Shown here: piece by piece, positions 38,000 to 50,548 of the stretch | How positions within the stretch are numbered: position 1 is the stretch's first letter | How the letters are laid out: every line of letters starts with the position of its first letter | NCBI RefSeq assembly: GCF_036321535.1 | Contig: NC_087438.1 | Location: forward strand, 13,704,001 to 13,768,000 | Length of the DNA: 64,000 nucleotides | Direction: 5' to 3' | From: Camelus dromedarius | Taxonomy: Eukaryota | Program-made: the position numbers and the translations under genes | The notes under the pieces: model-generated | Database searches by the model: none | Seen by the model: the letters and a program-made list of their open reading frames with translations, nothing else | Told to the model about the DNA's origin: nothing

Positions 38000-38457
38000 T
38001 GAAGCATGGCAGTGCCACAAAAATGTCACCTGGATTCCGTAAGTCCATCTAGTATGAGCACCCAGCCTAGCCTGAGGGGTCCCCTGGCATTAGTACTCTT
38101 CCTACCAACGTCTCTTTTTTCAGATGAATCTTTTTCAGATGGTTGCATTCAGGCTATGGAACCCACATTCAAGGACTGCAAAAAATACCAGAAGATTACA
38201 CTCCAGAAAAGGGGACTTTAACTCATCATTGACTGATACCACTGTGTGACACTAAAGTCCCGTGTCTTGAGGAGAGAGAACTCTGAGTTATAATTTATAC
38301 GTCGGATGGGTCAGGTTGATGATAGCCTGGCCTGGCTTTCCCCCTTTTTCTGCTCCCCCTGTCCTTTCCTAATTTCCCTTGGAAGCACTTTCTTAATAAA
38401 TTATTGCATACAGATTATCATCTTAGATCTTGCTTCTACTAAACCCAAACAAAGACA
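38000..38457 (+). mobile_element. ERVL LTR (LTR16-like)
   Basis: 3' end 'gcactttcttaataaattattgcatacagattatcatcttagatcttgcttctactaaacccaaacaaagaca' resembles the LTR16 terminus. Left end uncertain. Confidence 0.6.
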
Positions 38458-38777
38458 TTACAAATGCATATTAAAGTGAAATATATATTAAATTATTTCC
38501 TTTCCCATACTAAATAAATTTTATAGTTTCCCACTGCGCTTAGGATAAAGACTTAAATTTCTCACTCTTGCCTGTGGTACCTAGACTATCTGGATGTAGT
38601 TTATATAGCCTGACTCATCTTTAGCCCTTCTCCCTCTCTCTTGCTGCATTTCAGCAATATTGATGTTTTGTGGGATACATAGATACACAGAGCTCTTTCT
38701 TAATTCAAATTCTGCTAATACACTGTTTTTTCTGCTTCTTCATTCCACACATAATGAAACATCCCATCTTAAGTACT

Positions 38778-40710
38778 TCTAGAATAAATTGTATTATTGT
38801 TTCTAATTATTCTTTTTCTCCCTGTAAGGGTATTATTCATCCCATCCTTGCCATGCCTCCTCTGAGGCAGAGTGCATTTCTACACCCATCACTATTTTGG
38901 TCATGTGGTTTGTCTTAGCTGATGAAATGTGAATTGACAAGACTCACTCTTTTTCTGAGAATAAGCATCAAGTGTGTTTGAATAACTTGATTCAACTTCT
39001 TTTTTCTGTCTTCTGCCATGAGAAAATGTCTAATCCTTCAGCCTGGACCTTAAATAAAAAGGCATGTACAGACAACCAGGATGCAGCAAAGCTCAGAAAA
39101 ACCCTTCAGAGTCCTGCAGAGCCAGGCAAAACCCAGCAAAGTCATCAGCATAGCTGAGTGAGAAACCAATTTTTATTTTTTGAAGCCAACGAATTTTTAC
39201 ATTGTTGTTTCTGTATTGCAATCTTCCTAATCAGAAATATCTGGCAGGATTAAAATTTGGCTGCAACATCCAAATCTACGCTATCAGTTAAACTAGGAAA
39301 TGAGTAAAACATTGGTAATGAGTATTGGTTGAATAGCTTTCTGTGATGAAATGCTACCAAAAAAAATGCAAGCTCAAAAAAAAAAATTGGCCTATTTTGC
39401 GAAAGCATTAAAAGGAAACTAGCTAGCCCAAAAGTTCTGGAACCTATAGAATTGAGAAAATGAACAGATTCTTGTAAAATATGCATATAAAAATTTGAAA
39501 GGTGCTATTATTTATGAAGGTCTATAAAGACTCAGAATAAGACTGTCAGGAAAAGACAAATTCAGAAGAATGACAATTGTACCCTTTGTTAAGACGTTTG
39601 ATTAACTTAACATGGCCCCAGATAAATATTTTATTTGCACAAAATGGTTCAGGAAAATAAGAACAAGATAGTAGTTCCTTAGAAGCATTTAGGCTCAATA
39701 TACTTCTAACCAAATTGAGAGAGAAAGAGAAAAATCACCAAAACTTTGACAATGCTGTTTATTCCATTATGCCATCAGATTGGTGGAGATAGTATGTTAC
39801 TGATTTTAAAAATGATATTTTCCGTTCCCTTACTTTCTACCTTCAAGAGGTTCAAGTGAAAAAAAAAAATTCAGTTTCCAGAGATAACATTCTCCAAACA
39901 TCATATGGAGCCAAGGAGGTGAATGGAAAAAAGATGTCCCAGGGGTCAGGACCGAGAGCCACAGAAAACAAGGGACAGGGTCTTAGCACAATGAACCTAA
40001 TCAGGGAACATATCTTGTCTACAGAGAGAAGAACCTCAGGTCCCAGTGGTATTTCAGAATTGTGATGGACCAGCAATCAATGTGCTGTCTTCTTTTTTCT
40101 GAATGGATCCATTTTTGTTCTTCTGGATTGTTGTGTGTTGTGTTTGAGGAGAATTAGGTAACTTGTATTTCCAGTTGCTAGCCACCTAAATCAGGAGGAA
40201 CTTCATCTGGAACTAAAGTATATTAAAAATCCCTGGACTTTGAGCCTCATATTATGGTTGGATGAGAATTTTGGGGGGTTAATTCCCTTCAGAAGGGAAG
40301 AGTTATATTTTCATTTGGAAGAGAAACAGATATTTATGATTAACAAAGCAAACTGCGCCAAATTGTGTTTTTTCTCAAATTGTCTTCTCCTTCCCCTGTA
40401 AGACTATTTTATATCCCATCTTTGCCACGTTTCATTGTCAGATGTGTCTATATGTTTTTCTTTTCTTGATAGAGTATGTGTATGTTATTATCCTAAATTC
40501 TCAGTGTGCCTCTATAGATTGATCCAGTCTTTTTTTTTTTCCCTCGCCTTCTGCCATCAAAAGGGGTTTTCTTCTTTCACCTGAAATCCAGAATAGGAAG
40601 ACGTAAGTAGTGGGGCCAAATAGAGCATTGGCGATTTATAAACTCAGGAGTGAAAGGTAAGTGTGATTGTAACCACAAACACTCTTACTGCAAAAACAGC
40701 TTTTTTACCA
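38778..40710 (+). mobile_element. MaLR provirus (MLT1H/I/J-like), LTR-internal-LTR
   Basis: Two LTRs (about 38778-39234 and 40354-40710) share 'ccctgtaag...atcccatc.ttgcca.g'; the internal part is homologous to 9649-10966. Confidence 0.7.
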
Positions 40711-40789
40711 CTCTGTATGATGATTATTTTTTGCTCTCATATTAGCTGTAACTTTTTGTTTGTTTTAGTTACAGTTCTTATCCAGATTT

Positions 40790-40950
40790 ACACTCACTTT
40801 ATTCATTCGTGTATTTCTTATTTTCACTGTATCACCCACTAGCCTACATGTTCAGTGAAGACATGGACTGCTCTCCCCTCTGTGATCTTAAAGCCCAGAG
40901 CAGTTATGTAGCAGATATGCAAAGATATTTCTTGAGGTAATGCATGATTG
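40790..40950 (+). mobile_element. L2 3' terminus
   Basis: 'cccactagcctacatgttcagtgaagacatggactg...gcccagagcag...atatttcttgagg'. Confidence 0.55.
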
Positions 40951-41829
40951 AAAGAATCTTCTCTTTAATGGTGTTGTCTCTCATATACAAATATGTATGA
41001 TTAATATACACAACTCAAGTAGAAGTTTGTAGTGTATTAAAACAACTCTTGAAGGTTAATCTTGCATTTTATTTCAATTTAGATATCTTTAGACCTTGTT
41101 TTCATACGTAGAGTTCAAGGTCTTTAATGGCAGTCACCATGTGTCGCATGTCTGATATCATTTGTATTCCCATACTCAGATAACTTTTTAACAGTTTAAT
41201 TTTTGAAAAAAAAATTTTTTTTTTTTTACTTTGAAAATAAAGCTGGCTAGTCTCTCTGCTACTGTGTGCCTGCAAACGGTTTCACAGGATTTATTTTCCC
41301 CTGGTCATCCTCCCTGGGATTTCCACGGGTATGAAAGCGATGCGTCTTAACTAAAGTGATTATCGAGTGACATGAAGAAATATTGCATCGATTCTCTGAA
41401 GCACTTTCTTCGTTGCTTCAGTTGTTTCTTTGTTCTTTATCATTCAGTGCCATTCTGAGTCTTTGGGGCTTCCAATCACTCCATTGTGGAATTCTGAATA
41501 CTTCTTTTACCAGGATTTTAGCCCCTATAGAGAAACAAGCTGGTAGAATAATGGCTGGTTATGCTCTCCTATGATACCAAGCAATCATTTATGCAGCACA
41601 CCTTGTCCACATTGCAGAGCAAATAATTATTTTTCTTTTATATATTTCCAAGGGGTAGAAATATAATTTTTTCTCTGATAAGATTCAGCTAAATATTCTC
41701 AAGTTTTCAAGTTAAACTGGCCTTATACTTACATATGCAAATAATAATAGATGTATTATCAGAACAGTAAAATAGACTGAATCCCTAAAATTTGTTTATG
41801 TATTTAGTTTCTGGCTTTGCAGACATTAG

Positions 41830-42020
41830 TTCCTGTGGTCTTCCTAACACCTCTATGAGACAATTAGTGCCATTTCAGAGATAAGAAAACCAAGGATTGT
41901 GGAATTTAAGTCAGGCTTGTAAAAGCATGCAAGATAGATAGATAGATAGATAGATAGAATATATAATCAAACTATGACCCAAACCAGGAATTATATATGA
42001 AAGTCAATGATCTTTTTTAT
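41830..42020 (-). mobile_element. MIR fragment
   Basis: 'ctaacacctctatgagac...ccatttcagagataagaaaaccaagg'. Confidence 0.6.
41933..41958. repeat. (GATA)6 microsatellite
   Basis: Read directly. Confidence 0.95.
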
Positions 42021-42179
42021 GTCTACTTTGTGGCACTATTCACATTCTTTACTACAGATAAATATTCATGGAAATCATTAAAATAATCTCAGCAGTGGGG
42101 AAAGAAAAGCTTGTCATTTTAACTAAGTAGAAAGATTCTGAACATTTTCTTAAGTAATTTATCTAAGATTGATTATATT

Positions 42180-42540
42180 TCTAGTCCATTAAAAAAACTA
42201 CCAGATGTTCCTCTCTTAGAGAAATTTATTCATCTCTGTTCAGTTGACACGTGTTTTCTTTTAGTCAATGAAATACGCATGGTGGTAAGATACACTACCA
42301 CTTCTGTGGAGAAGCCTTATGAGCCAGCACGTGGGTCACTCTGTTTTCTGACTTCCAGTTTTGTGATCATAGAAGCTTGCATTTACATTAAGTCCCATCA
42401 GCTCTGATCTTTACTGATTTTAATAAACTGAGTCCCTGGACGACCTGTAATGGGTTCACAGAATCTTGTGCTATGTAAAGCTTTGTAAGCTACTAAATTT
42501 GGAGATTCCTTTATTTCTCATGCATGACTCAGCCAATCAA
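42180..42540 (+). mobile_element. Old MLT1 LTR
   Basis: 'cacttctgtggagaagccttatgagccagcacgtggg' and 'tgtaagctactaaatttggagatt'. Confidence 0.55.
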
Positions 42541-44662
42541 GGTTGACAGAAAACATTTTTTTAAAGTTGAAATAAATGTATCTGAAATTTGTGATCATCA
42601 AAATAAATTCCCTGAATCTGAAGTGATTATATCACTGCAAAGATGGGTGTGTTAAATGTGGACAGAATCCATACTGACCTGTTCTGTCTTAAGCTTGGTA
42701 TTATATGATACAGTACTTGGCACATAAAATATTAAAAATTAATTTTTTTTATATAGGTGAAATTTAATTAAATGTGCACTCTAATGTCTGGTATTGAATA
42801 CATTATGAGGGTCAAATGTTTGGAAAGGGTATTGATCTCAAGAATGGTAAAATAGATTTCAAAATACATTGATTTATGAAATAACCAAAGCACATCCTAA
42901 GGACACTTCCTTATGCATACTAAACACATTTTCATAAGTGTTTTCTAATTCGTCATTTGTAAATTTAGAAAATGTCTACATCCAAATTTTGGTCAAATGA
43001 AATAGGAGAAGTCTCTGTAAAAATTACTCGATGAATTATACTTTGCTAAAACAATCATATGTACATATAAACCTATTTGAAATAAAATTTATCCAAAAAT
43101 ATAAAATGCTCTAAATGAGATTCTCACCATGCCTATTTAGCTGGAAGTATTATAAACTTTAGGTATATAAATTCAAAGCTTCAATAGCCATTAATAATTT
43201 GTTTTTAATTAAAAATATATTAGTACTGTCCGAAAAACTCAAGAAGGCTCTCCTTACTTACAAACGTGCTCTATAAAATATACATAACTTCTGTTCATGA
43301 AATACATCAATGTGTCTTCTCCATGATAAAAGGTAATCAATCATTTTTGCCAGGCTTTATCTTTGTAAATGTAGTCAATTGAAGAATAATGAGTTATGTA
43401 TTTACAGGCAACTCAAATTGACAAAATCTGTGTTGCTTAATAGTCCTCAATAAAAATAGTTGCAACAGAAGACACCAGAAGTTGCATCGCCCATGGTGAC
43501 TTGCTCATTAACCTGTGGATGTTGGAAACATCAATATGACAGATGTGGTCTTTTTGACAGGAGGCTAGAGAATTCTGAAAATGCAAACATTATTATTAAA
43601 TCATGCTTCCCTATGAGCCTAGGAGAGGTAAATATTAATGAGCCTTTGGTGAATAAGAGATTAATTTACTCTCAAACAGACATTCCCTTCTTAGTAAAAA
43701 GGCAGGTTTATAGAAGTAAAAAGTCTACATCATAGGCAAATACTTCTGAAGTGCAATTAAATTACATTAGCATTGAATACAGCAGGGTTAACTCCAGAGG
43801 GATTTTGAGCCATTGCATTAGTATTTATGAAACGCGAAGTGTTTGCTAGTTACTATCTTGGCCTCTATTTCTCCCAGAGAGCAATGCGCCTGATAAGTGC
43901 AGTGGGCCTTTTAATTTTCTCTTTTGCTTCTTTGAGACTGTCTAATTCAAGCCCTTTTTTCAATTCCTGCTGCGTGTGATGCAAGACTCTGCTTTTATTG
44001 TTTGTTTTCTTTTTTTTCTTCTTTCTTTCTTTCCTTTACAAAGTTTGAAAGCTTGATGGAACCAGGTGGATGGAAACTTTATCATCTCCCAGATAAAATG
44101 CACATACTTACAAGACCCTGGCACAGGTATTTCCAGGGGATTCATGAAAACCCATGAAGTCTATCCATGTATCATTAGAGAAATCCCAGATTCAGTGGTT
44201 TCAACTGATTTTTAAACCTATTCAGGCAAATGGTTAATTGTTGGTCTGAAGTTTGCCCCCCAGATCCAGAATGCTTGGATGACACTGGATTTTCATTCTT
44301 GCAGCACTGATGTACAGATTATATGAACTGAAAGAAATATCAAATAATAATCTTCAGTTTGTATCTGGTTTTCAGAATTGTTCACTGGGACACTTGATTG
44401 AGGAGTTGCAGCTTCACTGGCAGGTAGAGTCTGGACATGTGTGTGGACTCTGTTGCATAAAAAGAAGTCTAGACCAGAGAGGTGACTTCCTGGAGCTGAA
44501 ATGGTCTGAACCTGCTTCAAGTTTGTCTCTTTTTTTGACAAGAGAGAGGACCAGCAGGGTGAAGTACCTAGGACACAATGCTCGACATGTTACAGGACAT
44601 TCCAGTACAACTCTTTTTTCTCTGAGTGGTTTATATTGTCCAAAGCTAACTAAACTGGTACC

Positions 44663-44712
44663 AAAAAAAAAAACAAAAAAAAACAAAAAAAAACAAAACA
44701 AAAAACAAAAAA
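44663..44712. repeat. A-rich (AnC) tract
   Basis: Read directly. Confidence 0.9.
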
Positions 44713-47047
44713 CAGTTCCTAATAAATTTGGTTAATTCTAAATTTAAGTCCACCGAGGTAGATTTGATGGTCTTGTAGAATCTTTCAAATACAAGAAGAC
44801 AGGCTTTCTCAAACATGTCTTGTTTGAAGTTCCCTAGGTACGTTTTGCAATTTTTATTTTTTTAAGTCCATGCTAATCGTATTGTAGGTACTTTCTTATG
44901 TTGGTAAGAGGTGTAAAATTGCACTGCAGTGTTGCATTAGGGATGTATCTACTAGTTTCCAGATCAACATTCCATGATAGTGAAACTGTTCAGTCTAGAA
45001 ATATTGCTGAAATACTGAAAAATGGCAGGGTTAGTTAAAGCCTAGATAAGTCTGGTTTCCTATTCCTGAAATCTGACCTGCCATATAAAAGGCACATGTC
45101 CTGGCAGTGAGAGATGGAATAAAACAGTCTTGATAGCTTGAGATGTCAGAGCAGTCATTCCAGGTTTGTGCAAAACATACTTTGGGAAAAGCACAGCCCA
45201 TGAATGTCAGAGGAAGGCTAAGTAAAGAGATGAAAATTAAGTGGGAATGAAGGGAGAAATTGCAATTTTGGTAGAGAAATGCAAGAATCTCATAAAACTG
45301 AGGAGAAAGAAGGGGAAAGATTAAGAAAGAACAAGACAAGGGCTCAGCTACTTCCTAGAGATGCCTTTTTCTCCTTACGGCTTTCCAATTTTCTTGCATG
45401 GATACCCTGATTTTAAAACATCTTTTGCTTAACACTCCTGAATCTCTGTTTCTTACAACTGGGGACAAAGTCTTACCAGAAGAAAAAGAGTCATTTCATA
45501 AAATATATTGAGTTTTGTGTTAGATTTTTAGAATCCAAAACTGAGAAGCTGGAGTGAATTAAAATGGTATCCAAGAGAAATCTTTTTAATAGAGCATTGC
45601 TTATTAAAATATTTTTCAGAAGAATAAATGCCACCGTGGTCACCTCTGTGTTAATAGACTTGAAATCTTTATTTTTGACTTAGTAAAGAGACTGATCTGT
45701 TTTTTTAAACTGCTTTGCTTCCTGTTGAATCCTTGGTTTCTTTCAATATATTAAAAATATAGAAGTGATTGTACTTAACTGTACTTATTTCTTTACATAT
45801 AATATTGTGATCATTTGATTATTTTCCATTTTCATAAATTGATGGTAAGTTTCTCACAGGCAGAATGATCCCATTTATTTTGGTCTGTGCAGAACTACCA
45901 CAGGACCCAGCAAATAGAAGATGCTTATTCAGTTTTTATAGAATAAATAAATAATTTGTTCCATTTGTAAATTTACAAACACATTTTACATACTCTCATT
46001 TCTAGGGGCTTTATTTCAAAATATTCTTTTTTTTTACATAAACGGGGAAAAAAATGGTTACTATCCATGGAAACATGGGTGTGAAGAAACAAAACGAGAA
46101 AGGAGACACATATGAGGACTTATTTTTCTTTTCCACATACTAGGAAACTCTGGCGCTCAAACTTACATTTCACTCTCCACAGGAGAATATTTATTTTATT
46201 CCTTGTCTTTCTCTTTGTAGTTCAACAAACAATGGCGTTTGTGTCTATCACTTCTTAAAGGTTGGAGACCTTTTTGAAAGTGTATGAGCAATATTTTCAT
46301 AAATAAAGAATTCCTCCGGCTTAACTACATTATGTGTCAAGAAGAACTCTAGAAAACGCAACCTTTGTTAGCGTGATCGATGCTAATAGGTTTAACCTTT
46401 CGCTCCTACAGAAGTTGAAGGGAATCAAAGAAAATGAGATCTTTTCAAGTGATGACCTGGAAACAATCTTTTTTAGTGGGAGGGGGGTTGTTTTGATTCT
46501 TACACACCAGCAACTTATTTTGTAATTGACACTTAGTTAAAAAGTGTTTGACCACTCACTCATCATACAAATATAACTCTAATTAGCAATGTTCTTCTTT
46601 ATTGCTATATTGATGTATACTGTACTCAGTCTGCTTTTTTCTATTTATTCTATTTCACTCTTCTATCATTATTATTTTCAAGCTGAATAAATTTGGTAGT
46701 ACTCTGTCTCAAAATCCAAGAAGGTTAGAAGAACAAAACAAACAAAATAAGAAACAGATAATGAAATTATTGAAATTTGGGACCAATTTATAATATTTTT
46801 AAATAAAATACAATTGCCTTGACATTAGAATACAAAGTCGTTAGGTACATAAGAGTTGTGTGATGATCATTTAAGCTATGGAGATTTGATTCCCCAATAC
46901 TTTCAAAGAGTGTACTTCTAAGTAATGTGAGGATGAGTCCAGTGGCTTTCATTCTTGATACTTATCTTTCTCAGTTTCTCGTATTTTCTTCCCAAGAGGG
47001 AAGCCAATGCTTAATAATGTCTGTTTATTGGTTGTAAGACACACATT

Positions 47048-47750
47048 AGTAGTGTGCTGGTAAGTTTAACTGGCTTTGGGGGAGGAAAAGCCATTGTGTG
47101 TACTGTTTGCCAATTTTCATTGTGTAAATACTCTCACTGTAAAAGGATGAATTGTGTCCCCTCCAAATATACATTGCAGTCCTTACCTCTAGCACCTCAA
47201 AATATGGCCTTAATTGGAGACAAATTGTTTGCAGAGGTAATCAAGTGAAAATGAGGTCATTAGGGTGAACTGTAATTTTTAAAAAAAAGTGTTCTTATAA
47301 AATCTTTGATTCCCAAGACTGAGATCACTGAATCTAATGTTCAATGTATTTACAATTTAATGAAACAGTGCTAGGTGGCTTTCCAAAATTACTTTAAAAT
47401 TTTGACTCAGAGACAGATATGTACCAGGGAGAACACCATGTCAGGATTGAGATTATGTTGCCACGAACCTAAGAACAACCGGAGGCCCTGAGAGAAGACC
47501 GGAAGGCATCCTTTCCCAGCACCGTCAGAGGACGATGGCCCTGCCAACCTCATCTCAGACTCCTAGCCGCAGAACTGTGAGACATCACATGTTTGTTGTT
47601 TAAGTCTGCCAGTTGGTGAGTACTTCATTAGCCCAGTCTTAGAACACAGACACATCCATTATGTCTGATTTCAACCTATCAACACAGAATCTGGAAAATT
47701 TAACAAGGGACTCTCACAAAACGTTATGAGTCAGTTCCAGCACACTTTTA
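47048..47750 (-). mobile_element. MER63-like hAT element split by an MLT1 LTR
   Basis: Terminal inverted repeats 'agtgtgctgg' (47051) and 'ccagcacact' (about 47737); 'gtaaatactctcac' continues as 'tatgtctgatttcaacctatcaac'. Confidence 0.7.
47138..47654 (+). mobile_element. MaLR solo LTR (MLT1B/C-like)
   Basis: 'tgtaaaaggatgaattgtgtcccctccaaat', 'aaatgaggtcattagggtg' and 'ctcagactcctagccgcagaactgtgagac'. Confidence 0.9.
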
Positions 47751-48739
47751 GACCATTACTATTTGTTTGTTAGTAGCAATTTTCTTTTTTTACCTATTTT
47801 TGAAGCATTCTTTTAAAGTTTTCTTTTTAAAATGATGAGTAATAAAAAGAAAGAAAAAACACTGGATGAACAATCAGAGAAGTCTTTCTTAAAGAAGTTA
47901 TATAAGTAGAACTTAAACCATATGCTGACTTGGTTAGACTGAGATGTGGAAGAAAAGATCCAGGAAAAAAAGATTACTATGTATCAATAAATTATAGATT
48001 AAATGAAAGAAAAGTAGCAATCTAAAGGAAATTTTTCAAAAATAACAGATCACAATCATATCATTCAACAGGTAGATCTGTGTTGATTATTTTGCTTGAT
48101 TATTTTCTATGATCAACATTAACAACCTAATGTATATCTTAGATACATGTGTAGATATTGTTTTCAACAAAACTGTAATGCTGTATAAATCTTTCACAAG
48201 AACCACAATTATTTAATAGATAGGAGAACTGAGAAATACAGAAGTAAGTTTTCCAAGGACAAACAAATAGCAAGTATTGGATTCCAGAATCTGCAATCTA
48301 AAAAAAAGCACAATAAACTGTATCTCATTTTTTTGTAACCCAAGATATTTATTTCTTTAGATTTGATTCTATGAGATTATAGGATCTAATGTTTGGTGGA
48401 TTTATAATTTAATGAAATAATACTAAATAGCTTCCCCAAATTACTTTATTGTTTTATATTTATTCCTCCTTTTCCCGTATTACTGCAAGAAGTCAGGTTT
48501 TTTTTTTTCATTTTTTCATAGAAGAAAATATATCTCTTTGTTTCATTATTTTGTTTTCCTTAGACTTAGAAATATGGACAGTTTTCTCCCAATCATTGGA
48601 CATTCGAATGATTTTATTCTTAATTTCCAGTTCATTCACCCATTTTTTTATTCAGTTTGCATATCTTATTAAAATTCATCTTCATACACCTCATAAGTAT
48701 ATTCTTCAGTTCACTATTTTCTTTTTATTTGCTTTAGGT

Positions 48740-49320
48740 GTCTCTTGATGTACATTGAATATGTAAAAGTTTATCTTTTACAGATCCATATTTGCTTCAT
48801 TAACTGAACATACCATGTCCACAACTCAGAATAAGAAAAGAAATGTTACTAAAAATTTTGAAATTTCCTGGTTGCTACTATCTGATTTCATTCATCCACC
48901 CTCGGTAATAACCACTCCCTTGAACTGTCTATTAATCAGACTTTTAATTTTCTCTTTACTTTTACCAAATATGTATCTATTTTCAAGTTTATATTGCTTA
49001 CTTTTGAGTGTTGTTAGAATTCAGATGAATAAGTTTGTATGTTTCTTGGATTAACTTGTATTTTCCACTTCAACTGTTTTGTGTTGCTGCACTCAGCATT
49101 TTATGAATCTCCACAACTGGTGTATTTATATAACACGGGACAATGCTCTTGGTTCAAGTGCTTTGTTCTTATAAACAAACTTGCTGTACATATTCTAATA
49201 CCTAGCTTCCGTGTGCAATGAGCATCTTCAGTTTTGCTAGAGAAGGCCAAATTTTTATCAAAAATTGTTGTTTTCCCAATTTCTATGAAATTCCTGTCCT
49301 TATATTTTACCAGCTCACAA
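48740..49320 (-). mobile_element. L1ME-type fragment
   Basis: 'actgaacataccatgtccacaactcagaataagaaaagaaatgttac' and 'gtaataaccactcccttgaact'. Confidence 0.6.
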
Positions 49321-50171
49321 TTTTTCTCTTTATATGCTTGTTCCTGTGTTTAAGCCAGTGTGTTCCATCATTTTTTTAAATTTTAAAAATTATATAGATT
49401 TCCAAATATCTAATTCCATGTATCTATATTGATTTATTGTGAACTTTTTTCAATACATTAATTATATTTAAATTATTTTATCCATTTATTTTACTATCAT
49501 TTCTTAGGTGTTACACTGTCTCTGGATTTAGTTTGAAACAGCTCTTTTTTGGCATCAGTTTTACTAAAGTCTTTAATTATTATCAGTTGGACATGCCTCT
49601 TTTTTTATTTGCTAATAGATTCTGTGGTGATTAGATCTGACTGTGGGCATCTTTCTCCGTTGACACTTGGGGAAGGAAGGTAAATAACTTACCTTCTGTA
49701 TGTGGTGGGTCCTCATCACCTGAAAAATAATTCCCATCACTCTAACTGTAGAACTTATAATTCACACATCTGCTTCTTTCCCATTTCATTTTTCTATCGT
49801 TTTTGCTATCTATTCTCCAAAATTTAAGTCAATCTTAATTTCTTCATGAAGCCTTCCTTGATTGTGCCAACTAATATAAACCTCTCCCACCAAACATGTT
49901 CAAAGTGCATAGTCTCTCCCAGCGTTTATAACATACTACCTTTAATTCTATGAATGTTTCTATTCTCAGTCTTATTTTCACATTTATGCCTCCAATACAT
50001 AAAGTTTTATCTCCAAAGTTTTTGTTTTTAGTCATTTTCTTGGTGGTAGTGGTGATTTAATATGTAGGCTTCATATTGATCAAATTCCAACTCATGTTTT
50101 ACTGATGTGGTGTGTTGCTCCTTTAAAATAATGAAAAATATCATAAATTTAGGTCAATTTCATTGAACCAG

Positions 50172-50548
50172 CGTTAAAAGGGAAACTGAACCATATTAAA
50201 AATGTTAAGTTTATCTGAGCAAAAATCTGGCAGCCTTCATTCTAGAAGATAAAAAAAAAATTTGGAGGGGCTGTGTAAAATGAAAAATTTTTCTAAGCAG
50301 GAGAGAGCATAAATAAGGAAGTTATGTTAGCCGAAAAAGCAGGTTTATTATTGCAAGATCACTTTCTTTCAGAGGATGGCAGAGGGTCTAAGAGGCAGAT
50401 TAACTAGTGCTAAGCAGGTGATTCCCAATTGATTGCTTAGAGATTTAATTTCTGGGAGATCTGAAACTGTAATTAAGTCAAATCTCAATTTGATGATGGG
50501 GGTTAGCGTAAGTGACACCACTTTGGGCCGGTTGTCTTGTTTGTAACA
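50172..50548 (-). mobile_element. ERV1-type solo LTR
   Basis: Runs (t>c)GTTAAAAG to TGTAACA; flanks ccag/ctag; shares a start motif with 7576-7903. Confidence 0.75.

Noticed and set aside
31001..41610. Exact 13-mer acaccttgtccac at 31001 and 41598
   Set aside because: Many 13-bp matches are expected by chance in 64 kb, and there is no extended similarity.
44310..44735. 141-aa ORF ending in an A-rich tract, as a possible gene or retrocopy
   Set aside because: No recognisable protein family; the Lys-rich tail is simply the A-tract; no canonical poly(A) signal or TSD found.
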